Notes under the pieces: model-generated
The model's input: only the letters and a program-made list of their open reading frames with translations
The model's database searches: none
What the model was told of the DNA's origin: nothing
From: Oligoflexales bacterium
Lineage (GTDB): Bacteria > Bdellovibrionota_B > Oligoflexia > Oligoflexales > RGVZ01
Assembly (NCBI GenBank): GCA_044236265.1
Contig: JBIIGV010000034.1
Span: 1-25,066, forward strand
Reading direction: 5' to 3'
DNA: 25,066 bases
Program-made: the position numbers and the translations under genes
Shown: piece by piece, positions 24,367 through 25,066 of the stretch
Numbering within the stretch: position 1 is the first letter of the stretch
Layout of the letters: each line of letters begins with the position of its first letter

Positions 24367-25066
24367 TTGACTTCTGTCTTGATCGAATTCTCCCATGTGA
24401 CAAAGAAATACGGCACTTTGCTGGCTAATGACGATCTTTGCTTTTCGGTAAACAAGGGCGAAATCCACGCAATTATCGGAGAAAACGGAGCCGGCAAATC
24501 GACGGCCATGAAGCTGCTGTTTGGTTTAGAAACACTGACCAGCGGCATTATTAAAGTAAACGGTGCATCGCAATCATGGACGTCGCCGAGGGGTGCAATG
24601 GCATCCGGGTTGGGCATGGTTCATCAGCATTTCATGCTCTCACCGGTTCATTCCGCTCTGGATAACGTCATACTTGGCCAGGAACAGCTTAAAGGACATC
24701 GGAGTCAAGCTAGGTTTTTGAAAAGCCTTCGCCCTATTGATCGCAAGTCAATTTTACGGGAACTCGAGGAACTTTCCGCTGCAGTGGGTTTTCGGATTCC
24801 CTGGCAGGAGCCAGTCGAACATTTACCCGTTGGAATACAACAGCAACTTGAAATTGCCAAATTGCTCTATGCGGGTGTGGAGGTCATGATTTTTGATGAG
24901 CCCACAGCTGTTTTGTCGCCAGAAGAGACAGAGACATTTCTGAACATGATCCGCAACCTGAATCAGAGGGGGCGCACGATCATCATAATTACCCACAAAC
25001 TTCGCGAGGTGAAATCGATTGCTGATCGCGTGACCGTTTTGCGGCGTGGGAAGACCGTGTGTACCG
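24367..25066 (+). CDS. Nucleoside/sugar ABC transporter ATP-binding protein (NupA/YufO-like), truncated by the window end
   Basis: Not in the ORF track. Manual translation from TTG 24367: MTSVLIEFSHVTKKYGTLLANDD...GENGAGKST...GMVHQHFML...LPVGIQQQLEI...IFDEPTAVL...IIITHKLREV. Open to the window end. Confidence 0.9.
   Translation, partial: MTSVLIEFSHVTKKYGTLLANDDLCFSVNKGEIHAIIGENGAGKSTAMKLLFGLETLTSGIIKVNGASQSWTSPRGAMASGLGMVHQHFMLSPVHSALDNVILGQEQLKGHRSQARFLKSLRPIDRKSILRELEELSAAVGFRIPWQEPVEHLPVGIQQQLEIAKLLYAGVEVMIFDEPTAVLSPEETETFLNMIRNLNQRGRTIIIITHKLREVKSIADRVTVLRRGKTVCT

Noticed and set aside
123..24617. The many short (60-135 aa) ORFs in the track that overlap longer genes in antisense or alternative frames
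   Set aside because: They lie within well-supported genes and show no recognisable motifs; they are typical shadow ORFs.

Overview
A compact, gene-dense bacterial chromosomal segment, roughly 48-50% GC by eye. I found no mobile elements, CRISPR array, tRNA or rRNA. Gene content suggests a predatory Bdellovibrionota/Oligoflexia-type organism (inference): Cys4-type DUF429 protein, cN-II nucleotidase, PEGA kinase, GYF-like membrane protein, TPR-beta-barrel proteins and an orphan PilT. Minus strand: Ski2/HelY-like helicase, type III glutamine synthetase, an operon of Ser/Thr kinase, TPR/PEGA/Pro-rich protein and coaE, an operon of TPR-beta-barrel, PilZ and cN-II nucleotidase, and a YbdL-like aminotransferase. 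Plus strand: DUF429-like protein, a unit of PP2C phosphatase, GYF-like TM protein and TPR-beta-barrel, a stand-alone variant mraY, pilT/pilU, a small secreted protein, and the start of a BMP/nucleoside ABC transporter. Most interesting points: (1) the kinase operon and the phosphatase operon each have a sigma28-like promoter and together look like an undescribed co-regulated trans-envelope phospho-signalling system; (2) the DUF429 gene fills exactly the gap between two opposite-strand genes, sharing a CATG at its start and a TTAA at its stop, like a non-contiguous operon; (3) the glutamine synthetase gene has a structured leader that sequesters its SD; (4) the orphan MraY has an HDH motif instead of HHH.
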